Source: an uncultured Candidatus Poseidoniales archaeon (GTDB taxonomy: Archaea; Thermoplasmatota; Poseidoniia; Poseidoniales; Poseidoniaceae). Taken from it: a stretch of 32,573 nucleotides of DNA. Within the stretch, counting starts at the first letter, position 1. The number at the start of each line of letters is the position of its first letter. Positions 1 through 8,735 of this stretch are shown piece by piece. The stretch covers positions 1-32,573 of the forward strand of contig CAXGJQ010000003.1 of NCBI GenBank assembly GCA_964009815.1, read 5' to 3'. The notes under the pieces were generated by a model. It saw nothing but the letters and a program-made list of their open reading frames with translations, did not search any database and was not told the DNA's origin. The position numbers and the translations under genes are program-made.

Positions 1-116
1 CGATAGGGCAGGTTATCCACGTGTTACTGAGCAGTATGCCGAGTCCCTAAGACTCACGACTCGCATGGCTTAATCGAACTCCCAAAGCGGTCGCCTCTGG
101 CAGGATCAACCAGATT
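1..116 (-). rRNA. rrs: 16S rRNA gene, 5' end (runs off the left edge of the window)
   Basis: Reverse complement reads AATCTGGTTGATCCTGCCAGAGG...GATTAAGCCATGCGAGTCG...ACTGCTCAGTAACACGTGGATAACCTGCCC, the conserved archaeal SSU rRNA 5' segment. The exact 5' end is uncertain by 1-2 nt. Confidence 0.97.
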
Positions 117-400
117 TCTCTTGTTTCGATCCTTGGGCTACTTGTCGCATTGATTTTGATTTTATTTTGCTGACCTAAATTGATTGGCGAGAGAATAATG
201 CACTTGAGCTTCTTGCACAAATACGTCATAATCTCGATCACCTACCTGACCCCAAAGCCCGAGTAGGCCTGTTTGGGATCGCAATCGCTTCGGCTTTGCA
301 TCAGGGAGGATGGAGACGGTCATTGTCCGAAGACTCTGCCCCCAACGCCGTTCCCATACGACGCAAGCAACCAACCCACATTCAACCCCTATATCAACAT
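117..400 (-). promoter_or_regulatory. 16S rRNA promoter and 5' external transcribed spacer
   Basis: Non-coding gap between the stop at 455 and the 16S start. TATA-like TTGATATAG near 389-397 on the minus strand, several stem-loops at about 241-310 (e.g. CCCAAA..GCC/GGC..TTTGGG), and an A-rich stretch just before the mature 5' end. Confidence 0.55.
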
Positions 401-454
401 AACCGCCACAAACAAGGGCCCAAATAAACGCACTGCGAGCCAATTCAAACCATT

Positions 455-1759
455 TCAGGGATTTTTATCGCCTTCAATGTTCCAAAACGACCCCGAGGCG
501 CCCTCCAAGGGTGTTTCAGCAGCAGCAGTGGTATCTTCATGTTCCATCTGAGCGGGCGAAGCCTCTTCAATGGCGGACTGGTTTTTGGGAGCCTCTTCAA
601 GGTGTGAGCGGAAGCGCTCTTCACCAACATTCAACCCCTTCAACAACGCAAGAATGATTGATTCATGCATCCGAAGGTCGCCTCCATCATCGAAAAACAC
701 TGGGATTATCGGGCCATTCTTCCTCGACAGGCGCAGGTCAAAGCCAGGGTGCTGAGTTGTCCAACGGCGACTCGGCCCGTTTTCATCGTGTTCAACGTGC
801 TCCTGAATACGAACGGTTCGATTGAGACTGGCAGAAGAGAAATCAACATCCGCCCATGTTGTTTGGAAGGAAGGCCAACGGCCGACTCGCCTGCGAACAA
901 CCTTGCCAGCGCCTACATGAAAATAGAGCGCTCTCTTTCGCGGGTCCGCTCCGGCGAGGAGAAGAAGACTGATTGGAAGGGTTATGCACAACAACCCAAG
1001 AGGGGCTCCTCCCGTCTCATAGAAGTCCACTCCGCCTTGCATGTAGGCTTCGGATTCACCGTCTTGAATCAAAACATTGAGGCCATCAAACTTGATCATG
1101 GTAAGACGATTCATTGGGTCGCCGTATTCAACATCGTACAACCAAATACCGTCGTATGGATGCGGCTCATCCGCTGAATAATTTCGTGTGGAGTCGTCCA
1201 CGGCGGACCCGCACCAGTCGGGATTGTACTGTCCTACCCGGATGCTAAGATCGGCATATGTCCATTCATCATCGAGGTTGTCTTGTGGCAAAAACGTCAT
1301 GCATTCATACTCCCCATCAAAAATTGAACCAAGAACAAGGTAGTCCTCAACCGCTTCCCATCGGTACTCGTACACGTCTTCTTCGCTCGTTTCCCGTATG
1401 TGCTGATCGTCACTCACTTCCAAGGAGTCCAGCGGAAAAACCTCAGGACCTGTTGGCGAGACGCAATACAACTTTCCAGGAAGAAGGTCGCCAGATTCAA
1501 TCCAGCCTTCTCCACAACCCTCCTCAACGGTTTGAATGACGCCTGGAGATGCCTCTTGGAAAAGTTCACCAACCATAGCGATTGAGAACGCAACGGGAAG
1601 AATGGCGAACATGAGAAAAACGATGATGGCAATTTTTCGAGGCCCAGAAAGCCTATTTTCCTGGAAACGGACCACTGGACCTTCATTGACCACGCTGTAA
1701 CCGTGAGCCTTTCTTTCGACCCAAAACAGCGGTTCGTCTGCAGAGAACACAAAACACAA
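455..1759 (-). CDS. hypothetical 2-TM membrane protein, paralog of 1784..3475 (start uncertain, possibly GTG at 1750)
   Basis: 434-aa ORF with two hydrophobic segments flanking an acidic Cys-containing domain. Shares DQHIRE, EYRWE, WCGSAV, HPYD, TWxDVDFS, WTTxHPG and FFxDGG blocks with the upstream gene. Confidence 0.85.
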   Translation of the reverse strand: MCFVFSADEPLFWVERKAHGYSVVNEGPVVRFQENRLSGPRKIAIIVFLMFAILPVAFSIAMVGELFQEASPGVIQTVEEGCGEGWIESGDLLPGKLYCVSPTGPEVFPLDSLEVSDDQHIRETSEEDVYEYRWEAVEDYLVLGSIFDGEYECMTFLPQDNLDDEWTYADLSIRVGQYNPDWCGSAVDDSTRNYSADEPHPYDGIWLYDVEYGDPMNRLTMIKFDGLNVLIQDGESEAYMQGGVDFYETGGAPLGLLCITLPISLLLLAGADPRKRALYFHVGAGKVVRRRVGRWPSFQTTWADVDFSSASLNRTVRIQEHVEHDENGPSRRWTTQHPGFDLRLSRKNGPIIPVFFDDGGDLRMHESIILALLKGLNVGEERFRSHLEEAPKNQSAIEEASPAQMEHEDTTAAAETPLEGASGSFWNIEGDKNP

Positions 1760-1761
1760 CG

Positions 1762-1787
1762 GTAAACGGTCCTATTTGACCGTTTAC
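1762..1787 (-). terminator. hairpin between the two paralogs, terminator-like
   Basis: Perfect 10-bp inverted repeat GTAAACGGTC-n6-GACCGTTTAC overlapping the TAA stop of 1784..3475, followed on the minus strand by a T-rich run (TTGTGTTTTGTGTT). Confidence 0.45.
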
Positions 1788-3475
1788 TCGGCATCCTCGT
1801 TGCCAGAATCATCCCTGGTCCAAAATGAATCCATGGGCGGACTTTCTGTGCTCTCATCGTCCTTTGAAACGGTTGATTGAGCGGTCTCTTCTTCGGTTGG
1901 ACCATACCCCCAAGGACCGCCATTATTCATGCTAGCCGGGTGTTCCGAGGGTTCTATTTCGTCCACAGCACCTCCCTCGGCGGCTTTTTCGGCGTGGTTT
2001 TCCTTCTCTTTTTCTTTCGTCTCCTCGTCTCGCAAGGCCAAGAGATGGTCCAAGAGGCGCTGCGCTTCCTCCGTTGACCTCACGGTGGTCAAGCCAGCTC
2101 CCTCGTAGAGAGGGCGGATGTACATCGCCTTGAGCGGACGGTCACCGTGGGGTTCCAGCATGAATTCGGGGTCTTCCTCAAATTGAGGGTACTTCTCAAT
2201 GAAATTCGGGTCGGATTCATAGTACCACGTAATGATGAAATTCGCCGTGTGGTCGTCCCACTTGGAGACGCCGTTTGATTCAGCAAGGTACTGCAACGTG
2301 GGCCGTGCGTAGAGCTCCGCATTGGGATGGGAGATGCGAACGGCTTGGAACTCAAGACCTATGGCGGCCATGAAATCACTGATAACTTGGGCGTGAACAT
2401 TGACATTGCCTCCGTCTTCGAAAAACAGGAGCACCTGTTGGTGCTGCCCATACCGAATGACAATGTTCAGTCCCGGATGATTGGTCGTCCAATGTTCAGC
2501 GGGTGAGTCTTCCGTCGCAGCGGTCGAGTGTTGCTTTTCCCGGACGCTGCGAACCACGGTGGTGGCCGAGAAGTCAACATCGCTCCATGTTTTTGAAAAC
2601 GACGGGAAGGGCCCACGACGCTTTCGAATGATGGATTTAGCTCCCCGGTCAACCACAAAGACGCGCCGACGCGTGTCTGCAGCAAAGAGAAGCACGAGGG
2701 TTAGGGGGACCGAACAGATCACCATCTCGGAGGGGAAGTCTCCTTCCGCCCCCCACTCGGCACGTTCCCATTCAACGAAGCTCTTAGCGACATAGTGTCG
2801 GTGGTATGTTCGGTCCTCGGTGGTTTTGTGCGCATCCAAGAAAGTGGTCATAGCGCCGACGTCATAAGCGGCGTACATCCAAACGTCATCGTAGGGGTGA
2901 GCACCCTCTTCGTACACCCGAGAGTCTTGATTTTCAACCGCTGAACCACACCATTCGGGGTACTCAAAATCATCGGCAAAGTCCTCGACCACCCAGTTGT
3001 CCGCTAAAACAAACTCAGGGATGTAGCGATAGCAGTTGTATCGTTCCTCGCTAACGAAGCCGTACACTACCGAATCGTCAACGTCTTCCCAGCGGTATTC
3101 AGACACGTAGGTTCCGCCGTATTCCTGGTCCTCTCCGCTTTCGCGAATGTGCTGGTCCTCACTGGTTTTAAGCTCAATGGCAGCGCTGTAGGTTCCATCG
3201 AAGCAGTACGTTGGGTTGGCGCCAAGGAGGATTTCGGTTTGATATTCCCAGCACCCTGTGACACTGGGTGATTCCATCTCGGATTCACCGCCGTCTTGTA
3301 ACAAGCCAACACTGAACATAGCGGAGGAATAAGCCAGACTCAAGACGAAGATACTGGCCATCACACGCAACACGGGGCTGCCCGATGGCTCCAATCGAAT
3401 GCCTTGTTCGTCAGCGACCGTCCGATAGGCGCCGGGTTTTTTCTTGACCCAAACAATTGGATGTCCTTCCACCAT
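1784..3475 (-). CDS. hypothetical 2-TM membrane protein, paralog of 455..1759
   Basis: 563-aa ORF with the same motif blocks as the downstream gene, plus an extra ~100-aa region and an acidic low-complexity tail. Confidence 0.88.
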   Translation of the reverse strand: MVEGHPIVWVKKKPGAYRTVADEQGIRLEPSGSPVLRVMASIFVLSLAYSSAMFSVGLLQDGGESEMESPSVTGCWEYQTEILLGANPTYCFDGTYSAAIELKTSEDQHIRESGEDQEYGGTYVSEYRWEDVDDSVVYGFVSEERYNCYRYIPEFVLADNWVVEDFADDFEYPEWCGSAVENQDSRVYEEGAHPYDDVWMYAAYDVGAMTTFLDAHKTTEDRTYHRHYVAKSFVEWERAEWGAEGDFPSEMVICSVPLTLVLLFAADTRRRVFVVDRGAKSIIRKRRGPFPSFSKTWSDVDFSATTVVRSVREKQHSTAATEDSPAEHWTTNHPGLNIVIRYGQHQQVLLFFEDGGNVNVHAQVISDFMAAIGLEFQAVRISHPNAELYARPTLQYLAESNGVSKWDDHTANFIITWYYESDPNFIEKYPQFEEDPEFMLEPHGDRPLKAMYIRPLYEGAGLTTVRSTEEAQRLLDHLLALRDEETKEKEKENHAEKAAEGGAVDEIEPSEHPASMNNGGPWGYGPTEEETAQSTVSKDDESTESPPMDSFWTRDDSGNEDAE

Positions 3476-3508
3476 GAACGGAGCCCCGTTCTCTTCCTAC
3501 ATGAAGGA

Positions 3509-5440
3509 TTACTCGGCACCGAAGAACTGGCGTATCATCGGGTGCATTTCCATGGCCTGTTCCTTCTGGATTTGCTCATAGGTTCGCAGAATGATACCAA
3601 CCGCCAACAGGAGACCTGTTCCGGTCGCATTTCCAACCGTACCCAGCAAGTCAGCGCCCGCAGCCAGAAGACCGACGAAGGCACCAGAGAAGTAGGTCAC
3701 CGGTGGGATGTAGTTCTCGAGGATCTTCTCCAGAACCTTGGGGTTCTTTCGGAATCCAGGAATCTGCATGCCCGTGCGTTCAATTTGCTTCGCAACGTCC
3801 TTTGTACCCATGTTGGTGGTGTCAATCCAGAACTTCGCGAAGACCATCGAACCGACGGTCATCAAGGCGACATAGAACACCACGTGAACCATGATTTGGG
3901 TCAGTGAATGGCCGAACACGTCGCCCTGTTGGTTCAACAATGGAATCAACCAGTCGTTCACTCCGTTCACCATACTGGCGTACCATGCAAATCCACCTGA
4001 GGCCGTGGTTTGACCCGGCTCATACGTTCCGATGAAGGCTGAGGCTGATGCCCAACCGTTTTGCCCTAATATCGGCGTCTGACTCAGCGTTGGATGGCTC
4101 CAGAACAGGAGCGTGAACATGTTGATGTTGGCCAAGAGAGCCGCCATCAAAATGACTGGAATGTTCGAAGCGTAGACCAAACGGATTGGGTACTTTCCAC
4201 GGTGGCCACGGACCTTTCCGTGCGTCAATGGCAATTCCAACTTGCTTGATTCAGCGTAGGCCACGACAAGGAACACAATGATCGACGACACCAAGGCCGC
4301 CACCGGATTGACGTGGGTCAACAGCATGACTTCGAACCCGTTCGCTTGTATCATCTCGTAATTGCTTGATTCACGGAACATGTAGAAAATCATCGGAAGC
4401 GTCCCTGAGGGAGGGTTTTGGATGGAGTAAGGTGCACCGGTGGTGGTGGCAAGAGGGGAAAGCGTACCCACGAAGGTGGATTGGGCGACACCAGCTGCAA
4501 TGAACAACGAGATACCGGAACCAATGCCCCACTTGCTGACAAGTTCGTCCAGCAAGAACACAAGGTAAGAACCGGCAAACAGTTGGGCCACGATAACAAA
4601 GTTCGCCCATCCAAGGCCGTAGGCATCGATGAGCCACTCGCTTGGGTCAAGGAACCCGTAGGTTTGGGGAATGGATTCAATTGGAATCATAATGAGAACA
4701 AGGAGTTTCTGAACACCTTGGTACATGGCCTTGTCTTCGGAATTGCTGAGGTCAAGACGGATGATCTTGGCACCAGCGAACAATTGCATGATAATGGAAC
4801 CCGTAACGATAGGCCCGATACCCAAGTGCATGATGGTACCTGAAGCACCAGCCATGATGGAACGGAAACCACTGAACAAGTCAAGCGCTTGGCCAGAGAG
4901 TCCGAACAGCATGACGTTGGTCATGGCGAAGTAGATGATGAGCACAAACGTGGTGGTCCACATCTTCTCGTTGAAGCGAACGTGGCGTTCTGGTTTGGTG
5001 ATGGTTGGGTACACATCGACGAAACGGCTCAAAGCGTACAAACGGCTGCTTTGGTCGCCACTCCACATGAAACACGTCAAGATGGCAGCAGCCGCAAATC
5101 CAAGGAGCATAATGCCCACCAAGAAGAAGCCGACGCCCTCGTCGTAGCCACCCCAAGCATTGGGACGGACGTACCAGACCGCAATTGAAAGGAAAATCAA
5201 CCAGACCGTTAGTTTACCGTAGCGGCCAACAAAGGGCATGTCTTTCAAGCCAGGAGGGAGGTCTCGCTGGAAACAGAGCATACAGTAAGCCACATAGATG
5301 ACTGAAAAGACCAATCCAAAGACAGCCGCATCACGGGCTTGACCGCTACCGGACAACTCATCGGACTGCCAATAAATTAGCAGTGCGTAATAGAGCACTC
5401 CAGTCAGTGCGATGGCCCATGGAATTGGCTTGTGCTTCAT
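3509..5440 (-). CDS. secY: protein translocase subunit SecY with N-terminal membrane extension
   Basis: Motifs LGIGPIVTGSIIMQL, LDELVSKWGIGSGISLFIAAG, YPIRLVYASNIPVIL, GMQIPGFR and GTGLLLAVGI. Follows rpl15. SD AGGTGA precedes the ATG at 5440. Confidence 0.98.
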   Translation of the reverse strand: MKHKPIPWAIALTGVLYYALLIYWQSDELSGSGQARDAAVFGLVFSVIYVAYCMLCFQRDLPPGLKDMPFVGRYGKLTVWLIFLSIAVWYVRPNAWGGYDEGVGFFLVGIMLLGFAAAAILTCFMWSGDQSSRLYALSRFVDVYPTITKPERHVRFNEKMWTTTFVLIIYFAMTNVMLFGLSGQALDLFSGFRSIMAGASGTIMHLGIGPIVTGSIIMQLFAGAKIIRLDLSNSEDKAMYQGVQKLLVLIMIPIESIPQTYGFLDPSEWLIDAYGLGWANFVIVAQLFAGSYLVFLLDELVSKWGIGSGISLFIAAGVAQSTFVGTLSPLATTTGAPYSIQNPPSGTLPMIFYMFRESSNYEMIQANGFEVMLLTHVNPVAALVSSIIVFLVVAYAESSKLELPLTHGKVRGHRGKYPIRLVYASNIPVILMAALLANINMFTLLFWSHPTLSQTPILGQNGWASASAFIGTYEPGQTTASGGFAWYASMVNGVNDWLIPLLNQQGDVFGHSLTQIMVHVVFYVALMTVGSMVFAKFWIDTTNMGTKDVAKQIERTGMQIPGFRKNPKVLEKILENYIPPVTYFSGAFVGLLAAGADLLGTVGNATGTGLLLAVGIILRTYEQIQKEQAMEMHPMIRQFFGAE

Positions 5441-5460
5441 GATGAATCACCTGTTCAGGT

Positions 5461-5877
5461 TCACTCTTCTTCCCATTCTTCGTCTCCGCCTGCTTCGACG
5501 GAGCCGCCTGCGGCTTCCACCTTTTCAGCAGCGCGAGCGCTGACTTCATCGACAATAACGGTCAAGGCAGTTCGGATTTGACCACTTCCAAGGAGCTTAT
5601 CGATTCCTTTTGCGGTGAGGTTGACAGTGTCTGCACCGTTCGCCATCTCTTCGAGTTGGCTCACGTTGGCGGTGACATAGACGGTTCGCAGCGTAGGATG
5701 ACGGTTGAATCCGTGCATACCCCAATGACCAGGCATGTACTTGATGCGCGTCATGACACGGTGCTTGTTCATACCAGCATTTCCTCGGCCACCACGCTTT
5801 CCTGCGCCACGACCTGCTTTCTTTCCACGACCGTGGTAGCGGTTGCGTCCACGATGTTTGTTTGCTTTCGTACCCAT
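5461..5877 (-). CDS. rpl15: 50S ribosomal protein uL15
   Basis: RGAGKRGGRGNAG and KLLGSG motifs. Start moved to the ATG at 5877, after SD GAGGTGA. Confidence 0.96.
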   Translation of the reverse strand: MGTKANKHRGRNRYHGRGKKAGRGAGKRGGRGNAGMNKHRVMTRIKYMPGHWGMHGFNRHPTLRTVYVTANVSQLEEMANGADTVNLTAKGIDKLLGSGQIRTALTVIVDEVSARAAEKVEAAGGSVEAGGDEEWEEE

Positions 5878-5887
5878 CTTGTTCACC

Positions 5888-6358
5888 TCAAATCATTCGC
5901 TCGACCAAGTCGCCGATCGCATCGCCACGGGAGCCAAGGGCTCCACCGACGACAAAACTGCGCTTGATGCCGCCCCATCCCTTCGTTCCTCGAGGGGGGT
6001 GGAGTCGGAACACGCGCTTGAGTCCAGGGATGTCCTTGACTTGAGCCTCACCGGCGGTGATGGCTTTGGCGAATTCACTGATGTTCTTGTAGTCCGTGTG
6101 CTCGGCGACAATGGCATCCGTTAGTGGTGCATTGCCAGCCATGCGTCCTCGCTCAGAGAGCATGCGCTCGACCAGACCAGCATCGGCCTCGCCCCACGTG
6201 ATGTAGTCCTTGGCCTTCTGAAGCATGCCGCGGTATTGTGCGTTGTCGGGAATGATGACGGCGTGGTTTACACGTGTCAAGTTCATGTGGCCCATGGTTT
6301 CGCGAATCTTTCGCTCGACCTTCACATCGCTTCGTGCTCGTACAACAATAATGGTCAT
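5888..6358 (-). CDS. rpl30: 50S ribosomal protein uL30 (archaeal long form)
   Basis: GMLQKAKDYITWGE and FRLHPPRG motifs; lies between S5 and L15. Confidence 0.97.
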   Translation of the reverse strand: MTIIVVRARSDVKVERKIRETMGHMNLTRVNHAVIIPDNAQYRGMLQKAKDYITWGEADAGLVERMLSERGRMAGNAPLTDAIVAEHTDYKNISEFAKAITAGEAQVKDIPGLKRVFRLHPPRGTKGWGGIKRSFVVGGALGSRGDAIGDLVERMI

Positions 6359-7125
6359 GCATTCTTCCTCCCAGAGTGGATGTAGAGATTCTCACGCTGT
6401 GCGTTGGTGACGCGGGTCGTGTTGATGTTCTTCAACGCATTGAAGGTTGCAGCGGCGTAGTTGATGGTTGTGCGGGTCTGACCCTTGGTCCGAGAGAGCA
6501 CGTCCTCAATGCCTGCAAGTTGCAAAACGCTCTTGCCGGTTTGCCCGATGACCAACCCTTTGCCCTTAGCAGCGGGCATGAGCGTGACACGGGTGGATGC
6601 GGCACGACCGTTGACCTTGAACGGGACGGTGTTGCCTGGTCCTGGAGATGATTCCCACGAGCCGTTGCCCCGCTGAACGGAGATCAGGTTCAATTTAGCA
6701 GCCGTGATAGCCTTTCGAATGGCAGTAGCGACTTCCTTGGCCTTGGCCATACCGAGTCCGACATAGCCGTCTCGGTTGCCGACACAGGCCATCACGTTGA
6801 AACGGACACGACGACCACTGTCGGTCATGCGCTGAACCATGTTCACGTCAATGACTTCATCCTCGAGGTCGGGGATGAGTGCATCCACAATCTCAACTTC
6901 ACGGATGGGTAGTCCAGATGCCAAAGCAGCCTCATAGGAGATGATTTTGTTTGCCATGACAGCAGCACCCAAACGGGTCCGAGGCTCCCACTTTCGCAGA
7001 TTGGCGATGGGGTCGTCCTGGTTGCGGCGTCGTCGACGACGAGGGTCTGGTGTCTCTTCAGCTTCATCTGGTGCATAGGCTTGCATCAAGCCCGGCGCCA
7101 TGGTTGGAACGTTTTCTTCACTCAT
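6355..7125 (-). CDS. rps5: 30S ribosomal protein uS5
   Basis: WEPRTRLG, VQRMTDSGRR and VGNRDGYVGLG motifs. Confidence 0.98.
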   Translation of the reverse strand: MSEENVPTMAPGLMQAYAPDEAEETPDPRRRRRRNQDDPIANLRKWEPRTRLGAAVMANKIISYEAALASGLPIREVEIVDALIPDLEDEVIDVNMVQRMTDSGRRVRFNVMACVGNRDGYVGLGMAKAKEVATAIRKAITAAKLNLISVQRGNGSWESSPGPGNTVPFKVNGRAASTRVTLMPAAKGKGLVIGQTGKSVLQLAGIEDVLSRTKGQTRTTINYAAATFNALKNINTTRVTNAQRENLYIHSGRKNA

Positions 7126-7637
7126 CAGTAGGCCCCCTCAATGGTGTTCTTGGTGGTTTCAATTTCTCCAGCGATTTTGTCATCGATGTGGGCGCCATTC
7201 AAGCGGCCCTCTTCGGGATAGACGTCTTCGCTGTGTGGAATTTCAAGACCTGCATCGCTCATTCCCTTGAGGGCGGCATAAACACGGCCTCCACGGGTGT
7301 TGGCTGCAAGGCCAATGTCGAGGACAGCTTCACTGGTGCCAGCGGCGACAGCGGCCTTGCCCATAGCGAAACCAACCAGGTAGGAGGCTGGAACAGATTT
7401 GAGCGAGCGGTTGCTCGGCCAGCCGTACTTCTTGACGAGGTCGGAGCCGGTCATCGAGACGGAAACCAAGTCTCCATCTGCAGCCCACGAGACGAGCTGG
7501 CAGGTGGTGCGAGTGTTGGAAACACGTACAACGGCACGGGACTTCTCACCGCGCAGCAACTTCAAGCGGCGGCGGTAGTCGGTCAAACCGGCCTTTCGTC
7601 GGCGGAAAATCGAACGTCGATTGTTGCCTGCCATCAT
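7125..7637 (-). CDS. rpl18: 50S ribosomal protein uL18
   Basis: FRRRKAGLTDYRRRLKLL, AVLDIGL and GLEIPHS motifs. Confidence 0.97.
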   Translation of the reverse strand: MMAGNNRRSIFRRRKAGLTDYRRRLKLLRGEKSRAVVRVSNTRTTCQLVSWAADGDLVSVSMTGSDLVKKYGWPSNRSLKSVPASYLVGFAMGKAAVAAGTSEAVLDIGLAANTRGGRVYAALKGMSDAGLEIPHSEDVYPEEGRLNGAHIDDKIAGEIETTKNTIEGAY

Positions 7638-8095
7638 TCATCGCCTCCCTTGAATTCAACGCCCTCAAGCGTCATTTGAGAACGCATGTGTGCGATGGAA
7701 CGGTAGGAACCACCCTTGGCCTTCAGGTAGTACCGGCGGTACTGGGAAGGTTCAATCGTCTTGTCTTCTCGGAACTCTTTCAAGACACGGCGTTGGCTAC
7801 GAATGGTTCGCATCCAGCGGTTCTTGCGAGGGTTTCGGGCGTTGGCGGTACCTGCACGAGTCCCTTGACCCTTGCGACGTCCCTTGCGCTTCTGTTGAAG
7901 ACGGGCACGGGCACGGACACGGGAGGTCCCCTTGACCGGCTTTGCACGAATCCAGCCTTCGTCAATGAATTCACGGATATCGTCGGTCTGAACAGCTGAG
8001 GCGACTTGGTCAACGTAAAGAGGGTTGATCCAAACTCGGTTTTCTCCACACTTGAGCAGACGTGCTGCGATTCGCTTTTGATTGGTGATTTGCAT
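7634..8095 (-). CDS. rpl19e: 50S ribosomal protein eL19
   Basis: QKRIAARLLKCGENRVW, WMRTIR and YLKAKGG motifs. The ATG at 8095 overlaps the L32e stop (TGATG). Confidence 0.97.
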   Translation of the reverse strand: MQITNQKRIAARLLKCGENRVWINPLYVDQVASAVQTDDIREFIDEGWIRAKPVKGTSRVRARARLQQKRKGRRKGQGTRAGTANARNPRKNRWMRTIRSQRRVLKEFREDKTIEPSQYRRYYLKAKGGSYRSIAHMRSQMTLEGVEFKGGDE

Positions 8096-8730
8096 CAAAC
8101 ATCCCTCCGTCGGTTAAGGACACGAACTCCGAGTTCATCGGCTCGTGCGTAAATGTGCTCTCGCTTGCGACCACCAACACTGGCGCCAACTCGGGCGGCC
8201 TCTGTCTCAGGGTCAATGCTTTCGAGGTCAGCGGTGTTGTGGACCATCACTTCACGGAATCCAGAGGGGTGAAGGAAACGAGCAGCGGCGACTTTTCCGT
8301 GGCCGATTCGAACGAGCGAACCTCGGTACTTGTAGTTGCGTCGCTGTTTGTTGTCCATTCCATGAGGAGCTCGCCATCCAGAGCGAGACAATCGCTTGTA
8401 GCGGAACCACTCGGTTCGTCGGAAGGAAGGTGTCTTCTTCTTCTGAGCAGCACGAAGGGCCAAAGCCGCTTTCATGTCGTCGTCCAAAACAGGCTTTTGT
8501 TTGACCATGTATACATCGTCAGCCTCATCATCCCAATCTTCGTCATCCCATCCATCGTCATCGGATTCAGCCGCATCGGGCGCTTCATCCTCAACAACTT
8601 CATCGGCTTGACCGGCTGCTTCTTGCAGACGGGCGATGAGGTCGGATTTCTTTCCAGAGACAGGGAGGTCCTGCTCTTTGAGCAACTCCTTGAGTTGCGC
8701 AACAGTCATTGATTCGTAATCTTCTGTCAT
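8095..8730 (-). CDS. rpl32e: 50S ribosomal protein eL32 with N-terminal SAP domain and acidic linker
   Basis: C-terminal L32e motifs (PSFRRTEW, WRAPHGMDNK, HPSGFREVMVHN) and N-terminal SAP signature TVAQLKELLKEQDLPVSGKKSDLIARL. ATG at 8730 follows SD GGAGTGA. Confidence 0.95.
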   Translation of the reverse strand: MTEDYESMTVAQLKELLKEQDLPVSGKKSDLIARLQEAAGQADEVVEDEAPDAAESDDDGWDDEDWDDEADDVYMVKQKPVLDDDMKAALALRAAQKKKTPSFRRTEWFRYKRLSRSGWRAPHGMDNKQRRNYKYRGSLVRIGHGKVAAARFLHPSGFREVMVHNTADLESIDPETEAARVGASVGGRKREHIYARADELGVRVLNRRRDV

Positions 8731-8735
8731 TTCAA

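Noticed and set aside
47-551. Short ORFs 47..241, 162..443 and 273..551
   Set aside because: They overlap the 16S rRNA 5' end and its leader or promoter, and have no protein-like motifs.
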